Source: a virus (Duplodnaviria; Caudoviricetes). Taken from it: DNA of 61,315 bases. Shown piece after piece: positions 1 to 9,080 of this stretch. A program made the translations under genes and the position numbers. Every line of letters starts with the position of its first letter. Positions within the stretch are counted from its first letter, which is position 1. Location: the IMG/VR virus record IMGVR_UViG_3300020020_000031, positions 1 to 61,315 of that record, one strand, 5' to 3'. The notes beneath the pieces are model-generated. The model was not told the origin of the DNA, made no database searches, and saw only the letters and a program-made list of their open reading frames with translations.

Positions 1-138
1 CCGGAACTCCGTAAGAACGACCTCGTGGTGCATGAGTACCCGCAGATCTTCTCTCGTGAGTGGGGCGCTGTGATCGCGGACGAGTCCGACCGCTCTCTCC
101 TCCGGTTATCCGGCACGCCTACCCAAACGCGTCAAGGG
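1..138. repeat. Terminal direct repeat, copy 1 (circular-assembly overlap)
   Basis: 1-138 is identical to 61178-61315 except position 12 (T) vs 61189 (G), a synonymous CGT/CGG Arg change in the helicase frame. Confidence 0.97.
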
Positions 139-1290
139 ATGGAGATGATCCGGTTACGGGCGGACGGGCTTCGCCTCGCCATGACCGGGACGCCGACGCG
201 CGGACGGCCGCATCTGCTTTGGGGGACTCTCAACTGGCTAGACTCCAAAGCCCACCCGTCTTTCTGGAACTGGGTGGAGCTATTCTGGGAGCTAACCTCC
301 AATGGTTATTCCAACTACGTCATCGGCAAGCTACTACGGGAGGAGGATTTGTGGAGGAGCCTGGATCGCTACGTCCTGCGGCGAACCAAGGCCGAAGTGG
401 CGCCGGATCTTCCGCCCAAGACCTATGTTGGAACTCCGGCCATTCCGGGCGACGAAGACTCTCCCCATGGCGTTTGGCTTCCCATGGAAGGAGTGCAAGC
501 CAAGGCATACCGGGATATGCTGGAGACTAGCGTTGCAGATTTGGAAGATGGCTCGCGCGTTGAGGCCATCGGCATTCTGGCGGAGCTAACCCGCCTCAAG
601 CAGTTTGCTGGCGCCTCTGGCCGGGTGATCCTTAAGTTGGTCCGCTGCGAGGACTACTTCGAGTGCCCGGATGGACCGGAACCCCACCGCCACGAAAAGA
701 TGCAGTTCAACCCATCAATGCCTTCCAACAAGTTCGAGTACCTAGTGCAATTGCTAGACGAATTGGGATTCCCGGACGACCCCACTACTAAGGTCCTGGT
801 GGTCTCCCAGTTTACGGAGATGCTGGAGTTGTTCGCGCGAGAATTGCCCGCTCGGCTTCAGGCGCTCTCCGCTCACTCCGGGACTCCGATCAAGCCGGAG
901 CAGCGCCCGGTACTCCTGACCGGAGCGCAGACAGGAAGCAAGCGTGAGAACGCCATAGCGGCCATGAACGAACCGGTTGGCAGCGGAGCTCACCTGATGC
1001 TTCTCCAAACCAAGACTGGAGGCGTAGCGATCACTTTGGACCGGGCGGATGTCATGGTGTTCCTGGACGAGACCTGGATTCCAGACGATCAGGAGCAAGC
1101 CGAAGACCGCATTCACCGGGTCTCTCGCCCCCGTCCGGTATTCTACCACTACTTGCGGAGCCTAGATTCTGTGGATCTTGGGATCGCACTTACCAATGCA
1201 GAAAGAGAGAGTGTCAGCAAACGCCTCCTGGACGGTAGGCGAGGAGTAGAGTATGCGCGAGCAGTACTCAAGAGGACTCGGGAGTTGTGA
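1..1290 (+). CDS. SNF2-family helicase, C-terminal part
   Basis: VIADESD (motif II), AMTGTP (III), VLRRTKAEVAPDLPPK, VVSQF, GGVAITL, QAEDRIHRV (VI). Confidence 0.92.
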   Translation, partial: PELRKNDLVVHEYPQIFSREWGAVIADESDRSLLRLSGTPTQTRQGMEMIRLRADGLRLAMTGTPTRGRPHLLWGTLNWLDSKAHPSFWNWVELFWELTSNGYSNYVIGKLLREEDLWRSLDRYVLRRTKAEVAPDLPPKTYVGTPAIPGDEDSPHGVWLPMEGVQAKAYRDMLETSVADLEDGSRVEAIGILAELTRLKQFAGASGRVILKLVRCEDYFECPDGPEPHRHEKMQFNPSMPSNKFEYLVQLLDELGFPDDPTTKVLVVSQFTEMLELFARELPARLQALSAHSGTPIKPEQRPVLLTGAQTGSKRENAIAAMNEPVGSGAHLMLLQTKTGGVAITLDRADVMVFLDETWIPDDQEQAEDRIHRVSRPRPVFYHYLRSLDSVDLGIALTNAERESVSKRLLDGRRGVEYARAVLKRTREL

Positions 1291-1291
1291 C

Positions 1292-1468
1292 GTGATCTGG
1301 ATCGCGGCGCTGGTCGGGATGGTTCCTGCGCTGATCTTTGCATACCTCATGGGAGTCCGGACGGAGCGCGGACGCCACGCCCGTTGGGCCGCTATCCAGG
1401 AGGTCGTGAAGGAGGATCGTCGTCGCACGGGCGGGATTGTCTTGAGGAAACTTCGAGTGGTGCGCTAG
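1292..1468 (+). CDS. Small membrane protein
   Basis: GTG start just after the helicase stop; hydrophobic N-terminus followed by a basic tail. Confidence 0.5.
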   Translation: MIWIAALVGMVPALIFAYLMGVRTERGRHARWAAIQEVVKEDRRRTGGIVLRKLRVVR

Positions 1469-1529
1469 CGCCAAAACAGTTCGGGCCAGTACAAAGTAAG
1501 AAGACCAATCCCCCTGGGAAGGAAAAGCA

Positions 1530-1997
1530 ATGGCTAAGCAATACACCGACGAGGAAATTCTCGCGTACAACGACAAGGCAACAACCGCCGTCCAGGAGCG
1601 CTACGCGGACTGGCTGATCGAGAAGCTCGCAATCGAGTTTCCGAACACCAAGGCCGAAGGCGCATTCCGCGAGGCCGTCCGGGTGGCAACTGCGCTGCGG
1701 TCAATCTTCCAGGCCAGTCCGGAGAACCAGGAAGCGCGCGAGGAGTCCCGCGCGGAGCGCGCGGAAGAGAAGGCCGAAAAGCCCAAGGCCACAAAGGCGA
1801 CGCGGGGCAAGGCGGCCAAGGCGGAGCCCGACGAGGACGAGGCTCCTCCGGCGAAGGCCAAGCCTGCCAAGCGTTCCGCCAAGGCTGCGAAGCCGGTCGC
1901 GAACGAGGACGAGGAAGACACCGCCGTAGCTCCGGCGCCCCGGAAGTCGGCGCCGCGTAAGGCCTCCGCGCGGTCAGGCGCTGCTGCTCCGTTCTAA
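1530..1997 (+). CDS. Hypothetical protein with a Lys/Ala-rich, histone-like C-terminus
   Basis: RBS (AAGGA), GC3-rich codons, KAAKA/PAKRSAK repeats, ends ...APF. Confidence 0.75.
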   Translation: MAKQYTDEEILAYNDKATTAVQERYADWLIEKLAIEFPNTKAEGAFREAVRVATALRSIFQASPENQEAREESRAERAEEKAEKPKATKATRGKAAKAEPDEDEAPPAKAKPAKRSAKAAKPVANEDEEDTAVAPAPRKSAPRKASARSGAAAPF

Positions 1998-2031
1998 GCC
2001 CTGCCTACATGAACGGTAAATAGCGCCATTT

Positions 2032-2067
2032 GGGGGAGGAGTAGTCGTGCCGGATTGCTCCTCCTCC
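2032..2067 (+). other. Strong hairpin directly upstream of the tRNA-like element
   Basis: GGAGGAGTAGTC pairs with GATTGCTCCTCC (12 bp including G-U pairs) around the loop GTGCCG. Confidence 0.6.
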
Positions 2068-2071
2068 GCTT

Positions 2072-2158
2072 GGGAGATATAGAGTAATGGAAGTCTGCGC
2101 TGGCCACTCGCTGCAAACCCGTGGACCAGAGGTGGCGGTTCGATTCCGCCTGTCTCCC
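2072..2158 (+). tRNA. Atypical tRNA or tRNA-like RNA; Cys(GCA)-type loop on an extended anticodon arm
   Basis: Acceptor stem (G)GGAGATA/TGTCTCC(C); perfect T arm GGCGG-TTCGATT-CCGCC; D-loop AATGG. Anticodon arm CTGG-CCAC-TCG-[CTGCAAA]-CCC-GTGG-A-CCAG is about 13 nt too long. No encoded CCA. Confidence 0.65.
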
Positions 2159-2199
2159 CGAAACCCTTACCCCCAAGGGTTTGAGAGAGGGAACCGTCC

Positions 2200-3375
2200 A
2201 TGCAACCTACGGAAATGATCAAACCTCCGCCCAAGATAAGAGCCAGCGAGCGCGTAGCCTTTCAACGGTGCCAAGCCGCTTGGTGGTGGCGTCACCGGGA
2301 AGGACTAGTTCGCAAGGCCACGCCAACGGATGCCTTGTGGTTCGGGACCGGAGTCCATCTAGCCCTAGCGCTCTGGTACTGTGGGCCCGGTAAGAAGCGG
2401 GGACCGGAGCCAGCGGAGACTTGGGACAACTACGCCAAAGAGATGGAGTTGGCGTTTGTCCGGACTGATGACGGCTTTGATGATGAGGCCGTTGCTAAGT
2501 ATGTAGACGCGCGCGAGCTCGGGATCGCAATGCTGGAAGGATACCGCGCACTCTACGGGAAGGATGAGGATTGGTTGGTGGTGGCGCCGGAGAGGCAATT
2601 CAAGCTATCTATCCCTTGGCCCGCCAACGCTGTCAATTTCTGGGATGCTGCCTCCGTGGACCCCAGCTTGGTCATGGCAGAGCTAGTAGGGACCTATGAC
2701 TTGGTCTTGCAGAGCGCTCGGACTCTCCGATACTGGCTAGGGGAGCACAAGACAGCTAAGGCTATCATGACCCGTCACTTGGCGATGGACAACCAAGCCG
2801 GAACCTACTGGGCCACCGCCAACAGCGAGCTCCAACGCGAAGGCTTGCTCCCGGATGGAGAGTTCCTGGCGGGGATCATCTACAACTTCCTGCGCAAGGG
2901 AATGCCGGACGACCGCCCCAAAGACGCCGAAGGCTACGGGACCAACAAGCCGCTGAAATCTCATTATGTTGCGGCGCTTGAAGGCGCGGAGTATCTGCCG
3001 GTTGGAGTCCCCAAGATCACCGGCAAGGAATCGTTGGCGACATTGGAGAAGTATGCGGATGATCTTAGGATGGTTGTTCTTGGGGAGCGCTCCAAAGTCC
3101 AGCCGAAGCCTTTGTTCGAGCGCTACGAGGTTCACCGTACCCGCCCGGAGCGCCGGAGCCAACTACTCCGCGTACAGCAAGACGCGCTCCAAATGGAACT
3201 CCTCCGGGATGGCCTCCTGACTCCTACCAAGAGCGCTACCCGGGAATGCTCCTGGTGCCAGTACTATGATATGTGCGAGCTACAGGAGCGCGGCGGAGAC
3301 TGGGAGTCGCTACGAGATATGGCGTACCGCATTGAGGACCCGTACGCCGACCACCGTAAGTCTACGGACGAGTGA
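2200..3375 (+). CDS. PD-(D/E)XK (Cas4/RecB-like) exonuclease
   Basis: ASER..FQRC, FGTGVH, GTYDLV...EHKT, C-terminal CSWCQYYDMC cysteine cluster. Confidence 0.85.
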   Translation: MQPTEMIKPPPKIRASERVAFQRCQAAWWWRHREGLVRKATPTDALWFGTGVHLALALWYCGPGKKRGPEPAETWDNYAKEMELAFVRTDDGFDDEAVAKYVDARELGIAMLEGYRALYGKDEDWLVVAPERQFKLSIPWPANAVNFWDAASVDPSLVMAELVGTYDLVLQSARTLRYWLGEHKTAKAIMTRHLAMDNQAGTYWATANSELQREGLLPDGEFLAGIIYNFLRKGMPDDRPKDAEGYGTNKPLKSHYVAALEGAEYLPVGVPKITGKESLATLEKYADDLRMVVLGERSKVQPKPLFERYEVHRTRPERRSQLLRVQQDALQMELLRDGLLTPTKSATRECSWCQYYDMCELQERGGDWESLRDMAYRIEDPYADHRKSTDE

Positions 3376-3377
3376 TC

Positions 3378-3425
3378 TAGCCCCACCTATCCGGAGCGCG
3401 TACGCTTCACGTTACGAGAGAGGGA
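3378..3425 (+). promoter_or_regulatory. SigA/HrdB-like promoter plus purine-rich RBS
   Basis: TAGCCC-N17-TACGCT, then GAGAGAGGGA; same architecture as the 54.7-59.4 kb cassettes. Confidence 0.6.
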
Positions 3426-3428
3426 ACG

Positions 3429-3983
3429 ATGGAAGACTACAACGCTAAGCATGTTGCACCGCCTGCGCCCCCGGAGATTGATCCCGAGCTCGCGCAGTTG
3501 GAGGCGGGCAAGAGTCAGGCGCGTACCTTCATGGAGCGCGTGCTAGCCAATCTCGGCCGGAAGGGGAAAGGGAAGCCGTCCCTGGGTCCGGTAGGAAAGG
3601 CGAAGCACGGCTCTCAGCCTAACGAGGAGCGGTGGCGGCGCCGCGCGATAGCCCGGTACGGGACTAACCCCGATCCCAAGAAGACTCCCCATGGGCGCCT
3701 GGGGCGGGCCAAGGCCGTGAAGTCCAAGACCCGCTCGCAGATCCAATACCAACTCAAGCAGGATGCGCGCAAAGCGCTCTCGCGCATTCGGGTGACGCGC
3801 CTCATGACGGATTGCCCGGATATGAAGTATGTAGCAAGCGTTCCGGGACTCGGGAACGTCTGGCAACTGTGCCAGGCCTCTACTCCCACCATTCATGAAA
3901 TCTCTGGGCTAGGTCCCAAGCGCCGGAAGGCAATCCACGACTACCTCGCGAGCAAGAACGTTCCTTGCAAGTGGGTGCCGTAA
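3429..3983 (+). CDS. Basic protein with a C-terminal helix-hairpin-helix (RNA polymerase alpha-CTD-like) domain
   Basis: LGNVWQLCQAS..TIHEISGLGPKRRKAIHDYL resembles the HhH/alpha-CTD pattern. Confidence 0.5.
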   Translation: MEDYNAKHVAPPAPPEIDPELAQLEAGKSQARTFMERVLANLGRKGKGKPSLGPVGKAKHGSQPNEERWRRRAIARYGTNPDPKKTPHGRLGRAKAVKSKTRSQIQYQLKQDARKALSRIRVTRLMTDCPDMKYVASVPGLGNVWQLCQASTPTIHEISGLGPKRRKAIHDYLASKNVPCKWVP

Positions 3984-4243
3984 TGGCCACCGTTTACGAC
4001 ATCCCCCGGCCGGACGACATTCTTGATGGAAGCTTGACCGTTAAGGAGGTCCAATATCTGTTAGGGCTGATAGCAGATAATCTTTCTGACGCGCAGGCCG
4101 AGATTGGGAATGTTCTTGTGGGATCTATAGATGCAAAGGATGTGAAGACCAATTTGATGCACGCGGCGATAGCACAAGCTCATTCGACTCAGGCTCAAAG
4201 TCTTACCTTGTATCTAGTCTTGTGCGGACGGTTGGAACGATAA
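3983..4243 (+). CDS. Hypothetical protein
   Basis: TAATG translational coupling at both ends. Confidence 0.6.
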   Translation: MATVYDIPRPDDILDGSLTVKEVQYLLGLIADNLSDAQAEIGNVLVGSIDAKDVKTNLMHAAIAQAHSTQAQSLTLYLVLCGRLER

Positions 4244-5091
4244 TGGCTACCGAGCGTAAGGGAATGACCACCCGGGAGTTTGAAGCCGGTCTGTTCGACC
4301 TAGACGGCTCCAGCGAGTATTGGAATATTCTGCTGTACGGCGACTCCGGTTGCGGCAAGACCGTCCTGGCTGGCTCGCTACCGGGGCGGGTACTCTACCT
4401 CGCCGGCGAGCCCGGATATATCAGCGCCGCGCGGGCAGGTGGGGGTAAGGGGACCGTCCGTTTGGTTCCGGATGCCGCTACGGCTGCGTCTGCAGTAGCT
4501 TGGTTAGAGGCGGGCGGAGCTAAGCGGTATGATTGGATCGTGCCGGATGGTATCAGTACGATGCAGAATAAGTTTCTGTTGGGATACGCAGCGGAGGCTT
4601 TCGACGCCAATCCCGCTAAGCGGGCCCACCGGAACCTTCCCGACAAGCCGGACTACTTTAATGCCCAAAACTTTATGAAGTCTTGGGCATCCCGGCTTGT
4701 GGATCTCCCTTGTAACGTTTTGTTCACCGGTCACGCTATGCGGCCGGAGGACGAGAATGGCGAGACCCTTGTCTATCCCGGAATCCAGGGCAAGGGTTAT
4801 GAGGTTAGCAATTACATTTCCGGTTTGATGCACGAAGTCTGGTATATGGCGACCCGGGTTGTAGAGGTGGGCGGGGAAGCGCGGCAGGTGCGGCGCCTAC
4901 TCTTCCAACACTACGTTGACCCGGTTAACGAGACCCGCTACTTCGCCAAGGATGACTCCGACACGTTGGGGCGCTTCGCAACCGTACGCGACCCCGACAA
5001 CCCCGATGGTGTGATGATGCCCGAGCTTATCGCGCTGATGAACGGGGAACCGTTGCCGGGTACCAAAAAGCCACGCAAGGCGCGCGGCTAA
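4243..5091 (+). CDS. AAA-family (Sak4-like) ATPase/recombinase
   Basis: ILLYGDSGCGKT Walker A, WIVPDGIS, VLFTGH; lies between the exonuclease and the SSB. Confidence 0.85.
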   Translation: MATERKGMTTREFEAGLFDLDGSSEYWNILLYGDSGCGKTVLAGSLPGRVLYLAGEPGYISAARAGGGKGTVRLVPDAATAASAVAWLEAGGAKRYDWIVPDGISTMQNKFLLGYAAEAFDANPAKRAHRNLPDKPDYFNAQNFMKSWASRLVDLPCNVLFTGHAMRPEDENGETLVYPGIQGKGYEVSNYISGLMHEVWYMATRVVEVGGEARQVRRLLFQHYVDPVNETRYFAKDDSDTLGRFATVRDPDNPDGVMMPELIALMNGEPLPGTKKPRKARG

Positions 5092-5111
5092 CCCTGAGGA
5101 GGGAACCAAGA

Positions 5112-5741
5112 GTGCCGAAGATCAATTGGGCCGGAGCGGATGAGGACGAACTCATTACCGCTGACGACATCGACAGCGCCGAGGACGGCTACCAGGCGTA
5201 TACCGGAGACGTTCCGCCCGGTGGCGTGTACCGCTTCAATTGGAGGCGGGGCATGTACGCCGAGTTCAATTCCGGCAATCAGGGGCTGAACGTCCTTTGG
5301 CTCCTGGATGGCTCCTGGAAATCCGCCCATCGCAAGTTCGAGGGCTGCCCGCTTTGGGACCGCGTTGTCATGACCAAAGCCTCCGCCGCATTCGTGAAGG
5401 CGTTCGCGGCCGGGATTGGTGTCTCGGCAAGCGATCTCGTCGGCAAGGTCGTCGTGGACGAGGACGGGACGGTCACCAAGATCGGGCGTAAGACGATGAA
5501 CGAAGACGTCGCCGTATACATCGCGGTCAAGCCGGGCGAATACAACAATGTGACGCGCCTGGAGGTCGCGGGGACCGGCTACCAAATCGTTGAGACCGAC
5601 GACGAGCCGGACGAGCCGGACGAGGAGGAGGCGCGCCCAGCCTCCAAGCCGGCGAAGACGGCGAAGACGGCTGCCAAGAAGGCAACCGCAAAAGCAGGCA
5701 AAGGCAAGAGCAAAGCGGACGACGACGAGCCGCCGTTCTAG
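5112..5741 (+). CDS. Putative single-stranded DNA-binding protein
   Basis: Follows the Sak4-like gene; PPGGVY N-terminal motif; acidic tail ending DDDEPPF. Confidence 0.65.
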   Translation: MPKINWAGADEDELITADDIDSAEDGYQAYTGDVPPGGVYRFNWRRGMYAEFNSGNQGLNVLWLLDGSWKSAHRKFEGCPLWDRVVMTKASAAFVKAFAAGIGVSASDLVGKVVVDEDGTVTKIGRKTMNEDVAVYIAVKPGEYNNVTRLEVAGTGYQIVETDDEPDEPDEEEARPASKPAKTAKTAAKKATAKAGKGKSKADDDEPPF

Positions 5742-5758
5742 CCCTTTGCTGGTGAACC

Positions 5759-5795
5759 GGGGACGAGCGGGGGTTGGGCCTGCTCGTCCCCTTTC
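5759..5795 (+). terminator. Hairpin terminator
   Basis: GGGGACGAGCGGG / CCTGCTCGTCCCC followed by TTT. Confidence 0.6.
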
Positions 5796-5841
5796 CCCAG
5801 GGACCTAATGAGAGTATCATCAGCAAGGTAAGAGAGGGAGC

Positions 5842-6060
5842 ATGACGGCCAAGACTCGGAAACGGAAACCAATTGTTGAGGTTCCCCTCATCAGTATCTA
5901 TCCTGGGTGCTGTAATCCGTATCCGGATGCAACGTTCGTCAACCAGAAGCTAGTCAAGCTGGTCGCTCATCATAGGGGTCCGCAATGCAAAGGATTCCTA
6001 GAGCCTATGTCGATAGAGGACTGGAATGCTAGTATTACCCTACGAAGAGATGAGCGATGA
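5842..6060 (+). CDS. Hypothetical protein
   Basis: AGAGAGGGAG RBS before the ATG. Confidence 0.6.
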   Translation: MTAKTRKRKPIVEVPLISIYPGCCNPYPDATFVNQKLVKLVAHHRGPQCKGFLEPMSIEDWNASITLRRDER

Positions 6061-6315
6061 GCACGCCATCCGACACTTGGAACTCCGACACGGTAACCCT
6101 GCCGGCGCTATCCTCTCCCGCGCCTTTGAAATCCGACCGGGATACGTCCTGGCGACCCGGTACGGATGGGGAGTTCTACACCGGCGACTGCATGGCGGAC
6201 GAGCCGACAACCACTCCCACGGATGAATGCGAATACGAGTTCATTTTCCGGCTAGCGGATAAGCACCCGCGCGCTATCGCTTGCACGACTCATGGTTGGA
6301 CTGGGGTGATATACG

Positions 6316-6588
6316 ATGATGGAGGGTGAGGGATTTCCGCTGCCTCCGGGCCGGACTCTCTTGGACTTTATGTGGGACGATCTCCTGGATTGCATAACGC
6401 AATTAATGGAGAGCGAAGACCTCGTCATGGATGACCCGGACCTCAACCGCCTCAAGGGGCGGGCTGAAGGGATCTCTTGGTGCATCGGAGTGCTTACGCA
6501 GAGCCCACGGCCGGTTGATATCAATGAGGTTAAGGCGGAAGCTATGGAGCGTTGGGAGGAGAGGGAACGTGAGCCTGTTAAAGCGTAA
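6316..6588 (+). CDS. Hypothetical protein
   Basis: Helical-looking ORF coupled to its neighbours. Confidence 0.6.
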   Translation: MMEGEGFPLPPGRTLLDFMWDDLLDCITQLMESEDLVMDDPDLNRLKGRAEGISWCIGVLTQSPRPVDINEVKAEAMERWEEREREPVKA

Positions 6589-7393
6589 GCGCAAGCGCCC
6601 ATTAGCTGTGGCGGTCTTGGGCTCCGGGCCAGCTGGCCTATTCGCCGCGCAGGCGGTGTACGATACCGGGAACATCGTCGAAATCTACGCGCGTGGCGAG
6701 CGCTCCGCGCTATACGGCGCCCAGTACCTCCATGAGCCGGTCCCGGGACTGGACTGCGGGGAGCGCCAGGTCGTGGACTATATCCTCAAGGGCACTCCCG
6801 AAGGCTACCGGCGCAAGGTATACGGGGATGGGGCCACGTTCGCGGTATCTCCTGAGGTATTGTCGCCAAGACATGCCGCTTGGAATATCCGCTCCGCTTA
6901 CGGTCATGCCTGGGATCGGTTCAGTCCGCATATGGATAAGGTGGAGATCACCACCGGATGGCTCGAGCGGCTCAAACTGTTCAAGGAGGAGTTCGACCTG
7001 GTGGTCTGGAGCATTCCGCTAGCTCCATTCTGCGTTGGTGGGCATAGCTGCTGGTCGCAAGCGGTCTGGGCGCAAGGCGACGCGCCGGAGTTGGACATGT
7101 ACTGTTCGGTAGCCGTGGAGCCGTGGACTGTTGTCAACAATGGGGAAGAGTCCCCGCGTTGGTACCGTGCTAGCAACGTCTTCGGTCATCGTACAGCGGA
7201 GTGGCCGGAGTTCCCCAAGCCTCCGGTTGCCGGAGCGGTGAAGGTCCACAAGCCGGTAACTAACAATTGCACTTGCTGGCCTCAGTTGGGTGGGGCGCCG
7301 GTACTCCGCGTTGGCCGGTACGGAACCTGGATCAAGGGTGAGCTATCCCACCAGGCTTACTTCCGGACCCGTAGCGCGCTGGAAGCGATGTAG
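6569..7393 (+). CDS. FAD-dependent oxidoreductase (UDP-galactopyranose mutase/HemY-like fold)
   Basis: VAVLGSGPAGLFAA dinucleotide-binding motif, GAQYLH, C-terminal GRYGTW; GTG start with GAGGGA RBS. Confidence 0.75.
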   Translation: MSLLKRKRKRPLAVAVLGSGPAGLFAAQAVYDTGNIVEIYARGERSALYGAQYLHEPVPGLDCGERQVVDYILKGTPEGYRRKVYGDGATFAVSPEVLSPRHAAWNIRSAYGHAWDRFSPHMDKVEITTGWLERLKLFKEEFDLVVWSIPLAPFCVGGHSCWSQAVWAQGDAPELDMYCSVAVEPWTVVNNGEESPRWYRASNVFGHRTAEWPEFPKPPVAGAVKVHKPVTNNCTCWPQLGGAPVLRVGRYGTWIKGELSHQAYFRTRSALEAM

Positions 7394-7395
7394 CT

Positions 7396-8073
7396 ATGCG
7401 AACTAAGCCGATTGTGGCGCTGGATATCGACGGGACGTTAGGCGATTACCATGGCCACTTCCTGCGGTTTGCCCAGGACTGGATCGGCAAGCTTATGCCG
7501 GACCCGGAGGAGATCAACCCAGGACTCCGCCTCCATAAGTTTATGGGGGTGAGTATCCGTACCTACCGGGAGTGTAAGTTGGCATATCGCCAAGGCGGGC
7601 TCAAGCGGTTCATGCCGTGCTACGATGGCGCGGCGGAATTGACAATTGCCATCCGGCGCGCCGGAGCGGAAGTCTGGATCTGCACGACCCGCCCGTATCT
7701 CCGGCTGGACTCCATTGACCCTGATACCAGGGAGTGGTTGCGGCGTAATGGGATCAAGTGGGACGCCATACTATACGGTGACGACAAGTATCGGGAATTG
7801 AAGCGCCAAGCCGGGCCGCGCGTAGCAGGCGTGCTCGAGGATCTCCCGGAGTTATGGCGGGAGGCGCATCGGTTGTTTCCGCATGCTTTCGTCCTCCTAC
7901 GAGACCAGCCCTATAATCGTATTGCAGGAAAAGATCCTACTATTGTATTCGGAATCAAGGACTTGGCTTATGCTCAAGAGGTCCTACTCAACTCTGTACA
8001 ACAATGGAAGAATGAGAGAGGGAGCAATGGAAAGCAAGAGCGTACTGGTACTGGGAGGCGCGTCGCCAAGTAG
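7396..8073 (+). CDS. HAD-superfamily phosphatase (5'(3')-deoxyribonucleotidase-like)
   Basis: ALDIDGTL (motif I), ICTTR (II), K, LED (IV), DQPYN. Confidence 0.85.
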   Translation: MRTKPIVALDIDGTLGDYHGHFLRFAQDWIGKLMPDPEEINPGLRLHKFMGVSIRTYRECKLAYRQGGLKRFMPCYDGAAELTIAIRRAGAEVWICTTRPYLRLDSIDPDTREWLRRNGIKWDAILYGDDKYRELKRQAGPRVAGVLEDLPELWREAHRLFPHAFVLLRDQPYNRIAGKDPTIVFGIKDLAYAQEVLLNSVQQWKNERGSNGKQERTGTGRRVAK

Positions 8074-8713
8074 TATTGGCGAGGCTATCTGTTACCGCCT
8101 CGGTTGGATGGGGCATGCTGTATCTTCGCCGACAGCGGAGTACCTGGACGTGCTTGATGAGTCCGGGAATGTCCTAGAAGCCATTACCGATTGCCAACCG
8201 GAAGCCGTGGTGTACTCCGTTGGGATCAATGAGCTGGAATGGTCTTGGGCGCTCGAGCGGGATTCCTTTGACCGCATTATGGCCGTCAACGTCTGGGGAT
8301 TCATCAACGTCCTGAAGGCGCTCCAAACCACCGGCAATCCGTACTCCGTCCTGGCGATTACTTCGGACGCGGCCCGTCGACCCATGCGGGCCTCCATGGC
8401 CTATTGCGCTAGCAAGGCCGCGCTAGACCAAGTAATCCGCGTTGCGTCCCGCGAGCTAGCGGCAGAGGGTTGGCGGATCAACGGGCTCGCTCCCGGTAAG
8501 GTGGAAGGGACCGCCATGACTCGGTACGTTGACGATCGGGTGCTCCAAATCAGGGGATGGACCAAGGAGCAGGCGGAGGCGTACGAGCTAGCTTCTTCGC
8601 CTATCCGTCGCAAGCTTTGGACTACCGAGGTCGCAGCGGCTGCTTGCGATATCCTCTTGTCGGACGCCATTGGGTGGACCGGCGATATCGTCACCGTGAA
8701 TGGAGGTCGCTAA
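8027..8713 (+). CDS. Short-chain dehydrogenase/reductase (SDR)
   Basis: LVLGG..SSIG, catalytic YCASK, INGLAPG, WTGDIVTVNGG. Confidence 0.9.
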   Translation: MESKSVLVLGGASPSSIGEAICYRLGWMGHAVSSPTAEYLDVLDESGNVLEAITDCQPEAVVYSVGINELEWSWALERDSFDRIMAVNVWGFINVLKALQTTGNPYSVLAITSDAARRPMRASMAYCASKAALDQVIRVASRELAAEGWRINGLAPGKVEGTAMTRYVDDRVLQIRGWTKEQAEAYELASSPIRRKLWTTEVAAAACDILLSDAIGWTGDIVTVNGGR

Positions 8714-8714
8714 G

Positions 8715-9080
8715 ATGGCAAAGACGGATATGCCGCCGCTCATTACCGAGTTGGGCATCAAGCCAGAGGATTGGGAGCAACTCGGGTCCCAGGCTCGTCG
8801 AGTTATCTTCAACCTTATCCCGAAGTTCGCCGTTAGCTTTGTTGAGGCCAGTCAGCATTACGGGCCGGACAACGCTAACGTCCTTGGTCCAGCCGGACAG
8901 TTCTCGGATATCTGGCGGAAGATTGGCCCGTTGCGGCGCGCGCTCTGGGATGGAGCGGAACTCGAGCGGGAGCAGCCGGATGAGATCTGCTTCGATCTCA
9001 TCGGACATTTGCTCTTGACTATTGACATGCTACAGCAGGGGGTTGATCGTCGTGGGAAGTCCCCAGGCACTTGGTCTTGA
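8715..9080 (+). CDS. Nucleotide-modification-associated domain protein (DUF1599/Nmad1-like alpha-helical NTP-pyrophosphatase fold)
   Basis: F..ASQHYG..N...G..G....WRK...L and E..DEICFDLIGH patterns. Confidence 0.6.
   Translation: MAKTDMPPLITELGIKPEDWEQLGSQARRVIFNLIPKFAVSFVEASQHYGPDNANVLGPAGQFSDIWRKIGPLRRALWDGAELEREQPDEICFDLIGHLLLTIDMLQQGVDRRGKSPGTWS

Noticed and set aside
4201-5833. Half-site matches to unit 5 spacer A (TCTTACCTT at 4201, its reverse complement at 5825, also near 46784)
   Set aside because: The adjacent 9 nt do not match spacer B, and isolated 9-mers are expected by chance.
6026-6329. Two overlapping small ORFs (6026-6226 and 6057-6329)
   Set aside because: I cannot tell from sequence alone which frame or frames are real, so neither is called.
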